Shown here piece by piece: positions 7,622-18,441 of a DNA stretch of 64,000 nt. The notes beneath the pieces are model-generated. The model made no database searches, was not told where the DNA came from, and worked only from the letters and a program-made list of their open reading frames with translations. The stretch's first letter is position 1. The number at the start of each line of letters is the position of its first letter. The stretch spans positions 19,802 through 83,801 of the forward strand of contig CAZEEV010000004.1 of assembly GCA_964511345.1 (NCBI GenBank), in the 5' to 3' direction. Both the position numbers and the translations under genes were made by a program. This DNA is from an uncultured Pseudomonadales bacterium. GTDB lineage: Bacteria > Patescibacteriota > Microgenomatia > UBA1400 > PJMF01.

Positions 7622-10066
7622 GTGGCTACTAAGAAAAAATTAAAAAAAACCAAAAAAAATAAAATAAAACGAGAAAAAAAAGTTTTAGTAGCACAGAATT
7701 CGGTTAAGTTAATTAAGCGTGGTCGCCCTAAGTTACCATTCCATATCAAGCTTAAAAGAACAGTCACAAAATATTTTTTCAACTTAAATAAAAAAATAGA
7801 TAAATCAATAAAAAAATTGATTTATCAATATATTTCTATTTTAAAAGCTCTTAGAATTAAAAAAGGCCGTGGGCGTAAAAAATTGCCTTTTTACATTAAA
7901 TGGCAAAGATTTTTTCTTAATCTCAAAGAACAATTTGGTAAAAAGAGAAAAAAAATTTTTGAAAATTTGCGTCTTTTCAAACTAAGGTTTTTAAAGATTT
8001 TACATTTGAACAAAAAAGTTGGCCGACCTAAAAAGAAACCAATTTTTTACTCCTATTTAACTTCGATTTTTTTAACAATTTTATTTTTAGCTTTTTCTTA
8101 TTTGACTTATGATGTGGCAATTAGAGATTTACCTTCACCAACAGATTTATCTAATAAGGCACAGAGTCTAACTACTAGGATTTTAGATAGAAATGGTAAT
8201 TTGCTTTACCGTATATATGAAGATGAAAACCGTACTCTAATTGCTTTACCCAATGTTTCGCAATATGCCAAAGATGCCACTATTGCTATTGAAGATCAAA
8301 ATTTTTACAAACACATTGGCTTTTCATTTAAGGGCATTTTTAGGGCGATTTTGAAAAATTTCTCAGGAGATACTGTACAGGGTGGTTCTACAATTACTCA
8401 ACAATTGGTTAAAAACCGTTTGCTTAGTAAGGAAAAAACCTATCGTCGTAAAGTTCGTGAATTGATGTTATCTCTCATTGCAGAGCGGATTTACAGCAAA
8501 GAACAAATCTTGGAAATGTATCTTAATACAGTACCTTATGGTGGTTCGACTTATGGCATAGAAGAGGCTTCGTGGCGTTATTTTAATAAATCAGCTCGAG
8601 ATTTAAGTTTGGCAGAATCAGCACTTTTAGCTGGTTTACCACAGGCTCCATCAACTTACACGCCGTTTGGTTCTAATCCAGAGCTGGCTTATGAACGCCA
8701 AGCCGAAGTACTGCGACGCATGGTGGAGGATGGTTATATTAGTCAATTACAAGCTGATCAGGCTAGACAAGAAAAATTGATTTTTAATCAAGATAGAATT
8801 GATATTCAAGCACCACACTTCGTGATGTACGTACGCAAACTTTTAGCTCTTAAGTATGGGGAAGAAATGTTATCCAAAGGAGGGTTAGAAGTAAGAACTA
8901 CTCTCGATTTATCACTACAAAATCAGGCCCAAGAAATTGTGAGCAGCGAGGTTGGCAAGTTAAAGGTGTTTAAAATTAGTAATGGGGCTGCTTTAGTTGC
9001 TAATCCTAAAACAGGTGAGATTTTAGCCATGGTCGGTGGAGCCGACTATTATGATTTTCTTCATGATGGACAAGTCAATGTGACAATTAGACCGCGTCAG
9101 CCAGGATCATCTATTAAACCATTGACTTATGCTACGGCTTTTGAGCGAGGTAAAACTGCTGCTTCCATCGTTGATGACTCACCGGTAGTTTATCAAATTC
9201 CTGGTAGCAAGCCCTATGCCCCAAAGAATTATGACGGTCGTTTTCATGGCAGAGTGACCCTGCGTGAAGCCTTAGCTTCTTCTTATAATGTTCCAGCGGT
9301 TAAATTATTGGCTGAAATAGGAGTAAATAATTTAATTGATAAAGCTGAATCTTTTGGTATTAGTACCTGGCAAGATAGAAATCGTTTTGGCTTATCTTTG
9401 ACTTTAGGTGCTGGTGAGGTACTAATGACAGATTTAGTAACTGCTTATAGCACCTTTGCTAATCTTGGCTATCCAGTAACTTTAAATCCATTTTTAGAGA
9501 TTAGTAATCAAAAAGGTGAGCGACTTTATCGTAATGATTGTGCCTTGGATAATGACAATTGTTATGAAGACTTAAAACTCAGTCCTAAGGCAGCTTATCT
9601 AATTACAGATATTTTGTCTGATAATAAAGCCAGAACACCAGCCTTTGGTGCCTTTAGCGTACTTAATATTCCCAACCAACAAGTGGCAGTTAAAACCGGA
9701 ACCACTAATAACATGAAGGATAACTGGACGATTGGTTATACCACCAATCGTTTGGTAGCGACTTGGGTGGGTAATAATGACAATACACCAATGAGTTATG
9801 TGGCCTCAGGTATAACTGGAGCTTCGCCGATTTGGAATAAAATTATGCTTTTGCTTTTGGATGATCAAAATCCACATCGTTTTGCTGTTCCTGAAAACAT
9901 GATTAAAGTTAAAATTTGTACTGTTACTGGTACTTTGCCTTGTGCTAAATGCCCTCGAGTTGCGGAGGAAATTTTTGTCAAAGGTACAGAGCCACAAAAT
10001 TTTTGTAATGATGAATCTTTTGCTGATTTAGCGGTTGAAAATCAAGGAAACCAAAAACCCCAATAG
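7622..10066 (+). CDS. Class A penicillin-binding protein with a long basic repeat N-terminus
   Basis: AIEDQNFY, QGGSTITQQLVKN, RQPGSSIKP, SYN, KTGT; TM near aa 141-165; GTG start. Confidence 0.95.
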   Translation: MATKKKLKKTKKNKIKREKKVLVAQNSVKLIKRGRPKLPFHIKLKRTVTKYFFNLNKKIDKSIKKLIYQYISILKALRIKKGRGRKKLPFYIKWQRFFLNLKEQFGKKRKKIFENLRLFKLRFLKILHLNKKVGRPKKKPIFYSYLTSIFLTILFLAFSYLTYDVAIRDLPSPTDLSNKAQSLTTRILDRNGNLLYRIYEDENRTLIALPNVSQYAKDATIAIEDQNFYKHIGFSFKGIFRAILKNFSGDTVQGGSTITQQLVKNRLLSKEKTYRRKVRELMLSLIAERIYSKEQILEMYLNTVPYGGSTYGIEEASWRYFNKSARDLSLAESALLAGLPQAPSTYTPFGSNPELAYERQAEVLRRMVEDGYISQLQADQARQEKLIFNQDRIDIQAPHFVMYVRKLLALKYGEEMLSKGGLEVRTTLDLSLQNQAQEIVSSEVGKLKVFKISNGAALVANPKTGEILAMVGGADYYDFLHDGQVNVTIRPRQPGSSIKPLTYATAFERGKTAASIVDDSPVVYQIPGSKPYAPKNYDGRFHGRVTLREALASSYNVPAVKLLAEIGVNNLIDKAESFGISTWQDRNRFGLSLTLGAGEVLMTDLVTAYSTFANLGYPVTLNPFLEISNQKGERLYRNDCALDNDNCYEDLKLSPKAAYLITDILSDNKARTPAFGAFSVLNIPNQQVAVKTGTTNNMKDNWTIGYTTNRLVATWVGNNDNTPMSYVASGITGASPIWNKIMLLLLDDQNPHRFAVPENMIKVKICTVTGTLPCAKCPRVAEEIFVKGTEPQNFCNDESFADLAVENQGNQKPQ

Positions 10067-10237
10067 GAGAGTAATTAGTAGAAGTAATGGTGCCACCCAT
10101 CTTTGACTTAGTTCTTCTTTTTCAATTTTTCTTTGACGTTTTTTGGCTTGTTTAGCTAAATAGTTTTGTTCGATTTTATCTGTTTTTTTAGCTACATCTT
10201 TAATCAGATTAGGATCAGGTTGATAAAATTTATTCAT
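10028..10237 (-). CDS. Small hypothetical protein with C-terminal TM helix
   Basis: 69 aa; overlaps the cmk stop (translational coupling); hydrophobic tail. Confidence 0.6.
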   Translation of the reverse strand: MNKFYQPDPNLIKDVAKKTDKIEQNYLAKQAKKRQRKIEKEELSQRWVAPLLLLITLLLGFLVSLIFNR

Positions 10238-10934
10238 TGTTTTTTTGAATTTGTTTTACTTTTTCGATAATTAAGTTAACTACTTCTTCAATTTCTAGAT
10301 GACTAGTGTCTAAAACCCAAGCTTCTGGCACAATCTGCAGAGGATCGGTGTCTCTTTGCAAATCTCTTTGATCTCTTTCTTTGATTTCTGCAATCACTTC
10401 TTCAACAGTGACGTTCATGCCTTTAGTTAAATACTGCATATGTCTTCTATTGGCGCGTGATTCCACATCAGCAGTTAAAAAGATTTTTAAATCAGCCTTT
10501 GGTAAAACACGAAAAGTAATGTCTCTGCCTTCCATCACCACATTTTGATTATTGGCAATTTCTTGTTGTTTTTTGACTAGCACGTGTCTGAGTTTAGGCA
10601 GAGTAGCTACTTTGGAAGAACCATCACTACATTTTTGGGTACGAATAGCCCAAGAGACATCTTCTCCGTTTAAGATTACAGTGGTTAATCTGCCGTCTGT
10701 TTCTTTAGGAGGGAGAGGATTACGCATCTCTAATTTGCTTTTTTCAAGTAAAGCCACTACTTGATCTTCATCAGTTAAATCAATTTCTTGGCGTAGAGCT
10801 AATAAAGCTGTGGCTCTGTACATGGCTCCAGTATCGACATAGAGGAAGCCTAATTTTTGTGCTAATAAACGAGAAATTGTGCCTTTTCCTGCCGCTATAG
10901 GACCATCAATGGCAATTTGAAAGGATTTGCTCAT
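10230..10934 (-). CDS. cmk: Cytidylate kinase (bacterial type)
   Basis: IAIDGPIAAGKGT, YVDTGAMYR, VVMEGRDI, ERDQRD..R..PL. Confidence 0.95.
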   Translation of the reverse strand: MSKSFQIAIDGPIAAGKGTISRLLAQKLGFLYVDTGAMYRATALLALRQEIDLTDEDQVVALLEKSKLEMRNPLPPKETDGRLTTVILNGEDVSWAIRTQKCSDGSSKVATLPKLRHVLVKKQQEIANNQNVVMEGRDITFRVLPKADLKIFLTADVESRANRRHMQYLTKGMNVTVEEVIAEIKERDQRDLQRDTDPLQIVPEAWVLDTSHLEIEEVVNLIIEKVKQIQKNNE

Positions 10935-10947
10935 AAAAAACTTCTAT

Positions 10948-11181
10948 TTATTTCTTGCTGGTTTTTTTCTTTTTAGGGGCAGTTTTTTTAGTAACAGTTT
11001 TTTTCTTGGTAATTACCATCCACTCGTCTCTATCGGCAGTGATTAAGCCACCTAAGCCAACAATAACGAGAATCAGTGGCCATAGATTCCAAAATGCTTT
11101 GGGTAAATATCCCATATTGGAAGCCATGAAAATGAGTCCCATAACTACTAAAGTAACTGGCCAGAAAACTTTTTTAGGCAT
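10948..11181 (-). CDS. Small membrane protein, LiaI/LiaF-TM (DUF5668)-like, with Lys-rich tail
   Basis: FWPVTLVVMGLIFMASNMG..WNLWPLILVIVGL; tail KKKTVTKKTAPKKKKTSKK. Confidence 0.65.
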   Translation of the reverse strand: MPKKVFWPVTLVVMGLIFMASNMGYLPKAFWNLWPLILVIVGLGGLITADRDEWMVITKKKTVTKKTAPKKKKTSKK

Positions 11182-11240
11182 AACTTAATTAAAGCGTAAT
11201 TTTTGTGAGAGAACAAGTGCAAAAAATGAAATTTATTCAA

Positions 11241-11693
11241 TTATATTTTGAGTTTCGCTTTTTTATTTTGTGAAGCTAGTTCTCTCTGCAGATCTTTTTT
11301 CTTGATGTTAGCTCTTTTTTCGTATTCTTTTTTACCCTTAGCTAAGGCAAACTCCAATTTGATCAGATTGTGCGATAGAAAGAAAGCCAGAGGTATAATA
11401 GCAAAACCTTTTTGTTGACTGGTTTCTACCAATTCATTCAATTCACTTTTTTTGATTAATAATTTGCGAGATCGTTTAGGATCGTAATCTTCTTGTTTGG
11501 CAAAAGCATAGGCATTAATCTGTGCATTAATTAAAAAAAGTTCACCGCTAATTTCTTTGATATAGCTGCCATTAAGACTGGCATGTCCCAAACGCAAACT
11601 TTTCACTTCACTGCCGCTCAAAACTACACCAGCTACAAATTTCTTGCTGATCGAGTATTCGTATTGAGCTTTTTTGTTGAAAACGAGTGACAT
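11241..11693 (-). CDS. smpB: SsrA-binding protein SmpB
   Basis: NKKAQYEY, AGVVLSGSEVKSLR, DPKRSRKLL, KGKKEYEKR. Confidence 0.96.
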   Translation of the reverse strand: MSLVFNKKAQYEYSISKKFVAGVVLSGSEVKSLRLGHASLNGSYIKEISGELFLINAQINAYAFAKQEDYDPKRSRKLLIKKSELNELVETSQQKGFAIIPLAFFLSHNLIKLEFALAKGKKEYEKRANIKKKDLQRELASQNKKAKLKI

Positions 11694-11730
11694 GAGTAAG
11701 GCTTATTTTAACATTGTTTAGCTGATTTAG

Positions 11731-13545
11731 TTATAGCTCTACCTCATAGACCACTGAGCCACTCAGAGCATAGATTTTTTGATTATCTGTGTTAAAAGCA
11801 ATGCTACTTACACCAGCCAACTCGTTACTTTTAATTTCATTGATGAGTTGGCCATCTTTAGTAATAACAACTAGTCTTTTGTTTTGTTTTTCTAGGATTG
11901 CCAGAGAATTGTTATTTTCACCAGTGCTTAGAGAAACGGTGCTAGTAAGTAAATTACTAAGGCCAGCGATTTGGAAATCAGTCGCGTAACCTTTACTAAA
12001 TTTCAATAGTCTGCCAGATTTATCTCCCAACCATAAATCGCCATCAACTACCAAATCACTAATGTTTTCAAAATTAATACCTTGCTTGTCTACTAACCAA
12101 CCGATTGGTTCACTAAGTTGATCAGCATTGTAATAGTACCGATAAATATTTCTTTTTTCCTTATTAACCAGATATAAATATGGTCCAAAGCTACTGAAAT
12201 GCTCAGCATTTTTATCTGATTCTCCTGCCACTTTAATTTCTTTAAATTCTTTTTCGTTTTTTTGCAAATCCAGCATTTGTATACCGTTGCTCAAGATAAA
12301 TAATTTGCCGTCGCTAACGGTAAAATCTCTAATTTGCTGATTACTATTTAAACTTAATTTTTCTTGACTACGATCCGCATTAATCTTCAAAATTTCCTGA
12401 CCACTATTTTCTAAAATAAAAATTTGCTGATTTGCAACTACAATTTTATTGCCCAAAAAGTTTTCCAAATTAAAAGCGATAGATAAACGATCTAAAGAAT
12501 TTTCTCCAGATATTTGGTTGATAGTGGTTTGCAATTTTTGGATTTCTTGATCAATTAATTGCAGACTATCTCGATTGTTTTTTTCTTTTTTCAAAGCTTC
12601 TAATGCCTGTAAACTTTTTTGCGCTTTTTCTCTGGCAGTTAAAGGCTGTTTCAAAACTAGCTGGTCAATATTTTCTATTTCAGAATTGATTGCAATAATT
12701 TGGTTTTGAATGTTGTGAATGATTTGTTGTTTTTGTCTGTTCAATAGAGTGAATGTGCCAAAAACTCCTCCAAGCAATACTAGAAAAATTATTAAACTAA
12801 TTAATAGCTTTTTCTTATTTTGGTTTTTTAGCCATATATAGATTTTTTTTAAAAATAAATGAATTTTTTTGCCAAAAAAATAAATTTTTGCAATTACTTT
12901 TTTAAGATAAGACAAGACCTGAGTGATCAATGGCACGAGTTTGTTGATTTCAAATTTTGTTTTTGCAGGGTTTTGACTGATTTTTTCTTGATAATTAAGA
13001 ATAGCTAAACTAGTGCCGAGATTTTTTATTTCTTCTTGCATCAAACTCAATTCACTAACAATTTTTTCCAAACTATTTTCTTTGGCATTCAAACTTGCTG
13101 AAGCAAGAATTTTCTCGGCTAAAACTGCACCAGCTTGATTGACTAAAATAATCTGATCACCTGTGCGAAATGGACCAAGAATGATTTTTACCTCAGCTCT
13201 ACTAGAGAGGATTGGCCTGACTTGTCCATTTCTTTGCAAGATTACTTGTCCAGAATAAGTGACAAAAACAATTTGTTCTTGGTGAAGCCAGCTAGCAGCA
13301 AGCTCTATTTCCAAGTCTTTTTGACGAGTAAAGACCAATAAATCTAAAATTTTTTGGTGGAGTTGTTCTGGATTATTGATTTGCCAGCTGGTAAATTCGC
13401 TGGCTAAATCTTTACAAAAACTGGTAGCATTTTGACCTTTGAGAGAATAAGCGACGACCAATTGTTTGTTTTGACTTGCAATCACTTCGGAGCAGAAATC
13501 TAAACGAGGATGAGCTAAGATTGATACAAATTGAGCCTCTTTCAC
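11731..13545 (-). CDS. Hypothetical membrane protein: PP2C-like N-domain, TM, coiled coil, C-terminal beta-propeller-like domain
   Basis: Single TM LLISLIIFLVLLGGVFG; repeated beta strands (FGPYLYLVN, VDGDLWL); N-terminal GQVILQRNGQV/GDQIIL pattern. Confidence 0.5.
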   Translation of the reverse strand: MKEAQFVSILAHPRLDFCSEVIASQNKQLVVAYSLKGQNATSFCKDLASEFTSWQINNPEQLHQKILDLLVFTRQKDLEIELAASWLHQEQIVFVTYSGQVILQRNGQVRPILSSRAEVKIILGPFRTGDQIILVNQAGAVLAEKILASASLNAKENSLEKIVSELSLMQEEIKNLGTSLAILNYQEKISQNPAKTKFEINKLVPLITQVLSYLKKVIAKIYFFGKKIHLFLKKIYIWLKNQNKKKLLISLIIFLVLLGGVFGTFTLLNRQKQQIIHNIQNQIIAINSEIENIDQLVLKQPLTAREKAQKSLQALEALKKEKNNRDSLQLIDQEIQKLQTTINQISGENSLDRLSIAFNLENFLGNKIVVANQQIFILENSGQEILKINADRSQEKLSLNSNQQIRDFTVSDGKLFILSNGIQMLDLQKNEKEFKEIKVAGESDKNAEHFSSFGPYLYLVNKEKRNIYRYYYNADQLSEPIGWLVDKQGINFENISDLVVDGDLWLGDKSGRLLKFSKGYATDFQIAGLSNLLTSTVSLSTGENNNSLAILEKQNKRLVVITKDGQLINEIKSNELAGVSSIAFNTDNQKIYALSGSVVYEVEL

Positions 13546-13555
13546 TGAGTTTATC

Positions 13556-14689
13556 TTAACACAGAATAGCTAAGTTAGGTTGACGATCAAGTTGATCTAG
13601 ATTAGCAAATTCACTCTTAGAATATTTAAAATTAGCTACCAGGCCAATCATGGCCGCATTATCACCACAGAGCTTTTTACTGTAAGGTACTTTGAGTATA
13701 ATTTTTTTACCACTCAATTGTTGGTATTTGGTCAAGGTTTTTCTGACAATTTTACGTAAACTAATGTTGGCGGCTACGCCGCCACCAAGCCAAATCTCAT
13801 TAATTTTTGTAGGAATAGCCTGGCCTTTTTTAAGATGTTTCATAAAATTTCGGCTAGGATAAAGCATTTGCTCTAGATTCTGGCTAAATAAAATTCTTTC
13901 TAATTTGTAGGCAATTTGTTCAAAAACTGTTGTTTGTAGAGCTAAGGCTAAATCATAAATAGTTTGTTGATCTAATTTATTTTGTTTCTCTAAATCGGCA
14001 ATTAAATTACGGGCAGCAGTTTTCAGACCAGAGAAACTTAAATCAAAATTAGCTTGTGAAGTCATGGCTTTGGGAAAGGTAAATTTGCCGGGATGACCTT
14101 TCTTGGCGAATTTTTCTAAAAGTGGCCCAGCTGGATAACCTAAATTTAGTAAGCGTCCTACTTTATCTAGGCATTCTCCAGCGGCATCATCGATAGTTTG
14201 GCCGATTTTTTGATAATGACCAATTTTATCTATTAAAATAAATTCGCTGTGTCCGCCAGAAATAACCAGCGCTAAACTAGGCAGTTGAGATGCTAGGATA
14301 TTATTGCTTTTTTTGCCATTATTAACAGCTAATGCAGACAAGGCATGAGCTTCGATGTGATTAATGGCAATGACTTTTTTATGATGCTCTAGAGCCAATT
14401 CTTTAGTTCTCTCAACACCCACTTCCAAAGCTGGTGCTAAACCTGGCCCAACTGTGACGGCAATGGCTTCGATTTCTGCCCAATTCACCCTGGCTTGTTT
14501 CATGGCTAAATGGATAGTTGGATCAAGGTTTTTTTGATGTTCACTTTTAGCCACAGTGGGGAAAACGCCACCATATTGTTTATGAATTTGGTTTTGCGAA
14601 GCCACAATATTGCTTAACACCACTGAGCCATCCACAACGGCGGCGCTGCTATCATCACAACTGGTATCAATAGCTAGAATTTTTGGCAT
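13556..14689 (-). CDS. tsaD: tRNA N6-adenosine threonylcarbamoyltransferase TsaD
   Basis: ILAIDTSCDD, GPGL, HIEAH, SGGHS, DDAAGE, SFSGLKT, DNAAMIG; likely ATG at 14689. Confidence 0.96.
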   Translation of the reverse strand: MPKILAIDTSCDDSSAAVVDGSVVLSNIVASQNQIHKQYGGVFPTVAKSEHQKNLDPTIHLAMKQARVNWAEIEAIAVTVGPGLAPALEVGVERTKELALEHHKKVIAINHIEAHALSALAVNNGKKSNNILASQLPSLALVISGGHSEFILIDKIGHYQKIGQTIDDAAGECLDKVGRLLNLGYPAGPLLEKFAKKGHPGKFTFPKAMTSQANFDLSFSGLKTAARNLIADLEKQNKLDQQTIYDLALALQTTVFEQIAYKLERILFSQNLEQMLYPSRNFMKHLKKGQAIPTKINEIWLGGGVAANISLRKIVRKTLTKYQQLSGKKIILKVPYSKKLCGDNAAMIGLVANFKYSKSEFANLDQLDRQPNLAILC

Positions 14690-14690
14690 T

Positions 14691-15755
14691 TTATTTTTTA
14701 CTAATAATAATTTTTCTTCGCTGATTTTCTTCACTAAAATCTAAAGTTAATAAAGGGATTTCTTTGTCTAATTTAAGCCACTTAGCAATTTGCTCAAACC
14801 ACTCAATGACTACAAGGTTATTTTTTTGAATTAGTTTTTCAATGGCTAAAAAGTTTATTTCTTCTTGGCTATCAATTTTCCAGGCATCGATATGATAAAA
14901 AGTGCCCTTAGTGCTCGAACGTTTATATGAATATTCATTCATATATGAATAGGTAGGAGAACTAATGGTTTCTTTAATGCCTAAGAACCTAGCGACGCCT
15001 TTGGCAAAAATGGTTTTGCCCATACCAAGTGGCCCATTAAGAGCAATCACTAAACCGTTTTTTTGTAAGTCATTTAAGTGATTAAGCAATAAGCGCCCAG
15101 CCAATTCAATGGTTTCATTTTCATCATTGCTCCACAAAACCTCACCTTTTTTATTTTGGAGTGAGCCACGCAGAGCAATCGGTGTGGAAAGAGTGGTATC
15201 GACAACAATTGATGGTTCATTTTTAGGTAGTTCACCAGCGTCAATGATTAGATCAACTAAGTCCTTTTGTTTTGCTGATAAGCCAGTAAAAATATCCTGA
15301 ATAGTGTAAGGTCGTTTTTTACCAGAGGCATTTGCCGAAGTGCTGGTGATGGCTTGACCAAGATTTTTGATAAGATCAGTAATTAAAGGATAAGCTGGAA
15401 TACGAATCCCCAAGGTGCCAAATTCAGAATTAACTCTAGGATCAGTTTGATTTTTGCTTTTAGAAATGACTGTAAATGGACCAGGCAAGAAATTGTTGTA
15501 AAATTTCAGAGCTTGTTCATTAATGTCGACATATTTTTCTGCCATTTCTTGATCAGTGACAGCAATCGATAGAGGCTTGCCTTCGCGGCGACCTTTATAC
15601 TGCAAGAGTTTATCAATGGCTCCAGCATGATTAGCCATTGCCCCAATGCCATAGACAGTTTCAGTGGGGTAAATTACCAAACCGCCATTTTTCAAACAGC
15701 TGGTTGCTTCACTAATAACTTGCTCTCGATTAGAATTGAGCTTTAATATTTTCAT
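14691..15755 (-). CDS. TsaC (Sua5/YrdC)-TsaE fusion protein
   Basis: N-terminal YPTETVYG, KGR, PGPFT, STSANASG (YrdC); C-terminal GPLGMGKT, SSPTY, YHIDAWKI, VIEW (TsaE); likely ATG at 15755. Confidence 0.9.
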   Translation of the reverse strand: MKILKLNSNREQVISEATSCLKNGGLVIYPTETVYGIGAMANHAGAIDKLLQYKGRREGKPLSIAVTDQEMAEKYVDINEQALKFYNNFLPGPFTVISKSKNQTDPRVNSEFGTLGIRIPAYPLITDLIKNLGQAITSTSANASGKKRPYTIQDIFTGLSAKQKDLVDLIIDAGELPKNEPSIVVDTTLSTPIALRGSLQNKKGEVLWSNDENETIELAGRLLLNHLNDLQKNGLVIALNGPLGMGKTIFAKGVARFLGIKETISSPTYSYMNEYSYKRSSTKGTFYHIDAWKIDSQEEINFLAIEKLIQKNNLVVIEWFEQIAKWLKLDKEIPLLTLDFSEENQRRKIIISKK

Positions 15756-15786
15756 ATTTTTCTGTAAGATATAGGCCCATATTATA

Positions 15787-16155
15787 ATGCCAAAAGACAA
15801 TAATCGTTACCAACTTTTAAATAATCTTGATTTGCTCACTCCGATTGCTGTGGATGATGGGGCCAATCTTAAATTTAGTCTTTATTTAAGGTCTAGAGAA
15901 ATGAGGGAAATTGTTTTAAATTTGGAAAAAGTAATGTTGAAGAAGAAAACTGAGCGTGACTTATTTGTGGCAGAAAACAAAACTTTTATTGATGCACTGA
16001 TGAAAACTTTCGTCGATGATTCCAACTTAACCTTGGAAGGCATGCAGATGGATCAAGAGACAGCGCAAATGTCTATGCAATTAGCTATGGATTTGCGTAA
16101 ATCCATTTCTTTGGTTAATGCGCTGTTTTACGGAGTTGAAGGCCTAAAGAGTTGA
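15787..16155 (+). CDS. Hypothetical helical protein
   Basis: 122-aa ORF filling the gap before groES; no recognised motif. Confidence 0.6.
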   Translation: MPKDNNRYQLLNNLDLLTPIAVDDGANLKFSLYLRSREMREIVLNLEKVMLKKKTERDLFVAENKTFIDALMKTFVDDSNLTLEGMQMDQETAQMSMQLAMDLRKSISLVNALFYGVEGLKS

Positions 16156-16159
16156 GTAT

Positions 16160-16186
16160 TTAGCAATCAATACTGCTTATTGCTAA
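16160..16186 (+). promoter_or_regulatory. CIRCE element (HrcA operator) upstream of groES
   Basis: TTAGCAATC-N9-TATTGCTAA versus consensus TTAGCACTC-N9-GAGTGCTAA. Confidence 0.85.
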
Positions 16187-16256
16187 GTAAATTTTTTTGT
16201 GGTAAATTTTGCGCAGTAAAGTATTTAACTTAATTTCCTAAAAAGAAAGGAGAACC

Positions 16257-16682
16257 ATGCAAACTCTCAATATTAAGAAAATCCAACCAACTAAAGGTTA
16301 TGTTTTAGTTGAACCAGCCAAAGCTGAAGAGAAAACTGTCTCTGGCATTATTTTACCTGAGAATGAAAGTGAAAAACCCCAATATGGAGTAGTTTTAGCA
16401 GTTGGCGAGGCTTGTGATTGTGGAGATAGTTGCAGTTGCGAGGATGGTTGCGATTGCGGCTGCGGTTGCGAAGAGAAAAAAGAAACCGACGTTGCAAGAA
16501 CATATAAGAAACAAGTTAAAGAGAATTGGTCCTCTTGTAATTGCGACTCTTGTACCTGTGAAGCTCCAGTCAAAGTTGGTGACAAAGTCATTTATAAAAA
16601 ATGGGGTGGTAATGAATTCAAGATTGATGATATTGAGTATCAATTTTTAAAATTTGAAGATATTTTGGCAATTATTAAATAA
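16257..16682 (+). CDS. groES: Co-chaperonin GroES with Cys-rich insertion
   Basis: IQPTKGYVLVEP, EEKTVSGIILP, GVVLAVG, VKVGDKVIYKKWGG, EDILAII; AAGGAG SD; directly upstream of groEL. Confidence 0.95.
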   Translation: MQTLNIKKIQPTKGYVLVEPAKAEEKTVSGIILPENESEKPQYGVVLAVGEACDCGDSCSCEDGCDCGCGCEEKKETDVARTYKKQVKENWSSCNCDSCTCEAPVKVGDKVIYKKWGGNEFKIDDIEYQFLKFEDILAIIK

Positions 16683-16712
16683 TTTTTAAAACAAAAATAA
16701 AAAGGAAATTAA

Positions 16713-18347
<1,635 letters not shown>

Positions 18348-18367
18348 AAATTATTTTGTTTTTAACT

Positions 18368-18399
18368 AAAAAAGCCTCTCTTAAAAAGGAGGCTTTTTT
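18368..18399 (+). terminator. Intrinsic terminator after groEL
   Basis: AAAAAAGCCTC..GAGGCTTTTTT hairpin with T run. Confidence 0.85.
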
Positions 18400-18441
18400 A
18401 TTGATTATCAATCAGAAAAATTTAATTTAAAATCAAAGTAT

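Noticed and set aside
16298-16650. Three overlapping alternative ORFs across the groES insert
   Set aside because: By-products of the low-complexity TGY-rich insert; no SD or independent signals.
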